Assembly: GCA_051362555.1 (NCBI GenBank)
Contig: CM120649.1
Location: forward strand, 12,276,001 to 12,340,000
Source of the DNA: Lingula anatina
Lineage: Eukaryota; Animalia; Brachiopoda
Length of the DNA stretch: 64,000 bases
Reading direction: 5' to 3'
The notes below the pieces were generated by a model that was given only the letters and a program-made list of their open reading frames with translations, ran no database searches and was not told the DNA's origin. How positions within the stretch are numbered: position 1 is the stretch's first letter; each line of letters starts with the position of its first letter. Positions 58,888 to 64,000 of the stretch are shown piece after piece. The translations under genes were made by a program, and so were the position numbers.

Positions 58888-61800
58888 GTATGTACCTTCA
58901 CTGTTTTTGTCATTATCATAATTATAATTAAAGTTGATTTTGTAAATTGCCAGAAATGTATTTCAGATTGCATTTAGAAATCATTTAAATCATTTCTATC
59001 TTGGATCTTACAGAAATTAACACACCTTCTCCTGGCATTGAGTAGAATACAAAAAAAAAAAAAAAAAAAAAAAAAATGGTGATTATACCCGTACACTGGA
59101 AACGAAAAGGAATCTTTATCTGTCAGTCTGATTGTATTCAGCGAAAGTCCCTGCAGAGTTGGATTGATCTATGTAAAATGATAGTTGTGAGCCTGAAATA
59201 TTTGAAAAAAAAAAACAAAAAAAAAAAAAAAACAGCAGCATGTTCAGTTTAATAGTTACTAATAACAGAACTCTTTTTTGATAGAATTTTTTTTCTCCTC
59301 CTCACCATCCCCACTCTAGGAATTCAGAGGTCAAGTTAATGAAAAATTCCAAAAATATATGAAACGTAATATTTTAAGACCAGAAAAGATTTTCCCCTTT
59401 TTGGGAAAAGGGGAAATTAATTGGATCTGACTGTGGTACATGAAGTACTATGCACAAGTCCAAACTTCAAATGTAAAACTCTTAAACTTTTCATATTTCA
59501 GGAGAAAGCTGAATTGGGATTTGACCAGGTACAGCACGCCTTGGAGCCATTAGCAGATTTTCCCAGCAAAATTTTAGTTGAGAAAGGAAAAATCATAGTG
59601 AGTGAATGATATTATTTTCTGTTGTAGCTTAATGATTAATATATTTACTTTGAATTATATGAGTATAATAACTGTAATTACCATATAAAGTACTGTAGGC
59701 ATTTGTAATGGACTTAATAGATACTTAGAACCTCAAAAAATCACAAACTAAGAAAGCTTTGATTTTTATCAAGTGATAGAAAATGTTTATTTTTGAATAA
59801 TTATCCTCCATTTGATTTAACTTTGTCTACAAAGCCATAAGACAAGAAAATATTACAAACAAAATAAAAATATGTAAAATGAAAATGCATAGTAGACAGT
59901 TAATGATATATGAAGTGCAGCATTATTTTTGAAAATTTGAAATTTTTCTTTTGCAGATGAAGAAAAATGCAGCATGTGAAAAGGTCAATGGCCACTTTGC
60001 ATCTCTTTACCATGTTTTAGAAAGATTCGAAAAAAGCCTTCTTCTTCAGATTGATGAGGTAATTCACAGCAAGTCCCCATGGGCACGCCCTGAGTTTCAT
60101 AGGTCAAAGGTCACACATGTCACACACCTCTATGACCCCATTCCCATACCTAGATCGATCTAGCATGATCGACCCATCTAAAAGGGGTTTCTCGCTAAAT
60201 TACATTCAGCTTAAGCAGCTCTGATGTCTGGCACGCCTACTGAAGCTGTTAGGGGATAATTAACTATTGTTTAGCAGCTTCAGTAAGTGTACCAGAGATT
60301 TAAGCCACTTAATCCGAATGCAGTATAGCAAGAATCCCCTTCGAAATGGGTCAATCCTTCTAGATCAATCTAGGTATGGGAATGGGGTCTATATCAGATA
60401 CTTTTAACAGGTGGTGGGTGAACTCTGAAACACAGGACTCATGGGCCAAATTAAGTGCCCTGTTAAAACTAAATGTTAAAAACTAAATGGTATTTGAAAC
60501 TCACACAAGAGAGCAGCTGTGAGGCCTTCATTACTGCACCCCAATTTTCATAGCATAAATTACCAGGTCATGTAATCTGACCAGTGCCCAGTACAATCAA
60601 AACCAGCTGCTTCAATTCTAGCCAGTTGTGAGAACTGGAAAGTTGCCCAATGGTCAGTAATAGTTTATATGGCAGAGAAGCGACACTAAGCCATGTTGAG
60701 AGCAAAAGCGTAAGGGCAAATAAAACAAGAACATTTAAAATGTTTTGCCTGGTGTACCAACTGAACACTAACAATAGCTGGCATGTGTTGTGATTGAGAT
60801 TAATTTTAATAAAATTAATTTTTTTTCTAACCTATTTTTTCCTTCAGGAAGCAGATATGGCGGAAGATAAGCTGGACCAGATGTTAGAAAAATATTTTAA
60901 AGCAACAGAAGAAGTGAAAGACATGGAAGAAAGTTTGGTTAACATTGGCAAGGAGAGAAATAGCAAGCACATCCTCACAGTCAGTATCTTTGTACATTTG
61001 CTCATAGTGTGTCATATAAATGTTATTGAATGTTGTCATTTTTTCCCCAATTTTTAACGGTAAGAGGAAAACTTAGCTGGTATATTTCATTTTATTTATT
61101 TATTTATTTATGTATTTATTTATTTATCCAAATATCTATAAATTTTGACTTGAATTACACTTTACCATCTGAATGATACAATTTCAGGAAGGAACTGCCA
61201 TGTTAAAGCGGTAAGTATAATTTGGAAATAATCCCAAACAGCAATCTTTTTGTTATCAATGCAATGTAGCCAATAAGACTACATTCTAAGTTCGATAATA
61301 GATTTTAAAAACTTAATTTTTGCAAAATGCTACTGGATAGCTAATCTACACAGTGGTTAAAAGTTATCATTCATGTGTTATCAGAAAATATTTTGTTTTT
61401 CTGTTTGCTTGTTTACTAGTACATCTTTTTCACCATTCTTTAGTTTATGCATTCCTATTTTTCTAAATTTTCACAATAAGATTTTGAAGACTAATACAAA
61501 AGGAACTGGAAATGCTTTTTATTTTGAATGGTATTTTATTGTGATGCAGACTTCATGAAGAACAGAAAAGGTAGAAAAAAGACTCTGGACAGTTGTCTTT
61601 TAAAATCTGATGTTTCTCTATGTATTTTAATAGGGCAGATGAAGTTCTGGGAACACTAAAAGAACTAGACAAGATGCAACAGTTTACCCCAGAGGGCTGT
61701 GTAGCAGAGGATTTACAGTTACCACCCATAGATAAAGCAACTGCAGACAGTGGAATTCTCCAGCCTATAAACAAGGAAATCAGTTCACTATTTCAAGGTA

Positions 61801-63015
61801 CAGAAAGAAACCAGTCATTTGATGGATTTTTGCCTTATTTTTATCAGTTTGCTTATCGTGGCTTTTAAAATAAGGGGATGTTTTTATTTAAATATTTACT
61901 GGGGTATGTAAATTTAATTGTACATGTGTCTCCCCATGTAGCCTATAAAATCACTAGATCTTTTCAGATGTCTCACCTTTTCTACTATTTTACTTAGTCA
62001 AGATTTTATTTTTAAACACTCAAAACAATATGCTTTCTCATAGCAAGTCAGATAAAATTTCAAAATTAATTCAATATTTGTAAGTGCTACAAACCAAACA
62101 TTTTATTTATTTATTTATTTATTTATATACCTATATATATATAATTTTTTTTTTGGGGGGGGGGGAGAGGGTTGAGAACAACTAATTCATGTTCTTCAAA
62201 TTGATTAAAGTTTATGGTTAATGCTTCCTACAGCTCCAGAGCCGGTACGTCTTAGGCAGGAGACCTTTGTCATCTCGGATTTTGAACTTCATTTTAAGCG
62301 CCTGTTTCCCTGCAGCTACTTCATTTTACCACCCAGGGAAGAAAACCTCAGCCTTATGCAAAGAACGACGTATTTCCGTGCTGAAGTGGCAAATGATGAC
62401 AACTCTGAAGTGTACACAGAAGTGCCTTTCTCAAAAGAGCTGACCATCAATGACACTCTTTTTGTATGTGGAAATAAACAACTTTTCATTCTTGGGCGAA
62501 AAGAGACCACTGGACTTGGTGCCAAAGAAGTGGACAAAAGTCAGACAGAGAGTGGACAAGGGAGCACACGTCAGCTTGGTAGTGGACAATCGGACAATGA
62601 TCAATCAGTGACTGGTCAAGAGGGCACCTGCTCACCACAGAATGAACGACAGATCAGCAGTCAACAAAGGATGAAACCACACAAGTCGAGTCAGTTGAAA
62701 CATGGGGGCCAAGCAGATGATCACAGGGAGAAGGGAAAAAATGCCTTAAAACAGCAGAAAACTGAGATCAGCCAAAGGGGGAAAGGTCCAGTAAAAAATG
62801 ACCAGGCAAGGGAAGAACAGCAGGACAGTGGTCAAGAAAGTAAGGTCCAACCAGGTCCTTTACGGGACCCTGCTTGCGGTCAGTTGAGACCTGGGTCAAC
62901 TTACCGTGTTAAGGTTACGCCATATTATCAAGGCTCAAAAAGTGGAGTGCGTGTGTTTGGATCAACTGCCACATTCACTATAAAGACTGGCAATGAGCTA
63001 CATGTACCACTTTAA
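58378..63015 (+). CDS. RING-less tripartite-motif (TRIM)-like protein: B-box1, B-box2, coiled coil, FN3 with insertion; 602 aa if it ends at 63015
   Basis: Seven exons (58378-58887, 59502-59597, 59957-60058, 60848-60979, 61188-61210, 61634-61797, 62234-63015) with GT-AG sites and matching phases. The 96-nt and 23-nt exons are typical of TRIM genes. Confidence 0.88.
59502..59597 (+). CDS. TRIM-like coiled-coil exon (96 nt)
   Basis: tttcag|GAG ... ATA|gtgagt, phase 0-0. Confidence 0.88.
59957..60058 (+). CDS. TRIM-like coiled-coil exon
   Basis: ttttgcag|ATG; KVNGHFASLYHVLERFEKSLLLQIDE (B-box C-terminal pattern); donor gtaatt. Confidence 0.88.
60134..60389. mobile_element. foldback Harbinger-like MITE related to family 2
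   Basis: TIR gaccccattcccatacctagatcgatctag / ctagatcaatctaggtatgggaatggggtc; TAT TSD. Confidence 0.85.
60848..60979 (+). CDS. TRIM-like coiled-coil exon
   Basis: ttccttcag|GAA ... ACA|gtcagt, 132 nt. Confidence 0.85.
61188..61210 (+). CDS. TRIM-like 23-nt micro-exon
   Basis: tttcag|GAAGGAACTGCCATGTTAAAGCG|gtaagt; required to shift phase 0 to phase 2. Confidence 0.85.
61634..61797 (+). CDS. TRIM-like linker exon
   Basis: ttaatag|G GCA GAT ... CAA G|gtacag, phase 2 to 1. Confidence 0.82.
62234..63015 (+). CDS. TRIM-like FN3-containing exon (terminal, or ending at 62989 via a GC donor)
   Basis: cctacag|CT CCA GAG; FN3 signature LRPGSTYRVKVTP...TFTIKT; AATAAA near 63154. Confidence 0.8.
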
Positions 63016-63390
63016 AAAAACCTTTTTCTCCCTCTTATTTAACTCTTATACTGTAGGGCAATTTTTTGCCTCAGGATGAAACAAGTTTTGCCAATGACAA
63101 GCACAAGTTGACGGCATGTGTAGCAGATAAATCATTTAACTTTATAATCATTAAATAAATTGCAAATTAAGAAAAAAAAATTGAGAACAGACTAGTTACC
63201 TTTAGAAAAGCAAAAGATGGTAATGACTTTGATTTATAAGCATTAGTATAAAAACAGTAATAGAATTTCTGTTGTGATCATTTTTAATTACTTATTTCAT
63301 TTTTTATATGAGAGTCAGCATCCTTTTTCTTCCCAGTTGATTAATTGGCGATGTCATATACAGGGTTTGATGCCTCTCTTACAAAATATC

Positions 63391-63546
63391 CAGGCCCCAG
63401 TTTCACAAAAAGAAACTCGAGTCAGTTCCCCGCAGGTTTAGTTGACTAGGATTTCCATGAGAGTGCTGTTACACTGCTCATGATAGGGCAACATGTGACC
63501 ATGTAACCTTGGTAATTAAGTTCTTAGTCAGGGAAACTGGGTCCAG
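63391..63546. mobile_element. Harbinger-like MITE with CAG flanks
   Basis: ggccccagtttc / gaaactgggtcc with cag on both sides. Confidence 0.7.
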
Positions 63547-63633
63547 GTTTTTAAGTCGTCAGTCTCTGATAGTGTACCATTATAGACTGTGTAACTCAAG
63601 TATATTGCTTAATGTAAACAGGGTCATATTCTC

Positions 63634-64000
63634 CAGGGCCCGGTTGCACCAACAGGGCGTAAATTTACTCGGCTACGACTGTCGTAAACCGCAACGCCTG
63701 GTGTCCGTGCGCCAGGTTTACTCTCCCTGCTTACGCCCGTTGCACCAAGACAAAAACTGATCGTCGTAACTACGCCCGAGTAACTCTCCGTTGCGCCACT
63801 GGCCAACAATACGTGGATGGTATAATTGGGCAAATGAGGAGTTCTCAGCTGCAGTCATAATGGAATGATGACATAAATAAACACAAAAGGAGCATTTCAG
63901 TGACGGAGAAATTCATGAGCTACATTATTCCATTTTGATTTAGAAATAAGAACGTTAAAATACGTTAACTTTGCTGTTGCCTTGGATATATAGCAATAAA
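63634..64000. mobile_element. probable MITE, left part
   Basis: Starts cagggcccggttgcaccaa with internal gttgcaccaa repeats; right end not seen. Confidence 0.45.

Noticed and set aside
63637-63760. Possible next TRIM exon after ctccag
   Set aside because: The sequence begins like a MITE terminus and does not translate to SPRY-like sequence.

Overview
AT-rich, intron-rich animal genomic DNA, most likely a marine invertebrate; no prokaryotic operons, rRNA, tRNA or CRISPR arrays were seen. Two spliced genes lie head-to-head. (1) Minus strand: a divergent Drosophila-type timeless (tim1-like) clock gene that the ORF track almost entirely misses. Six coding exons (39139-39238, 20290-20384, 19749-19810, 14365-14545, 10358-10473, 5390-5450) join with GT-AG sites and matching phases into 205 aa, and the gene continues leftwards. 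A candidate promoter with twin E-boxes sits near 53.7-54.0 kb. (2) Plus strand: a RING-less TRIM-like gene (two B-boxes, coiled coil, FN3 with a large insertion) at 58378-63015. The introns are packed with non-autonomous DNA transposons (Kolobok-like, Helentron-type HINEs, Harbinger/hAT/pogo-like MITEs) and tandem repeats. The most unusual structures are all in the tim locus: a 19-copy 61-bp minisatellite of one exon's splice acceptor, a tandem duplicate of that exon's donor half, and a minisatellite region carrying nine CACGTG E-boxes upstream of the start codon. All assignments come from manual reading and remembered family motifs; no database searches were run.
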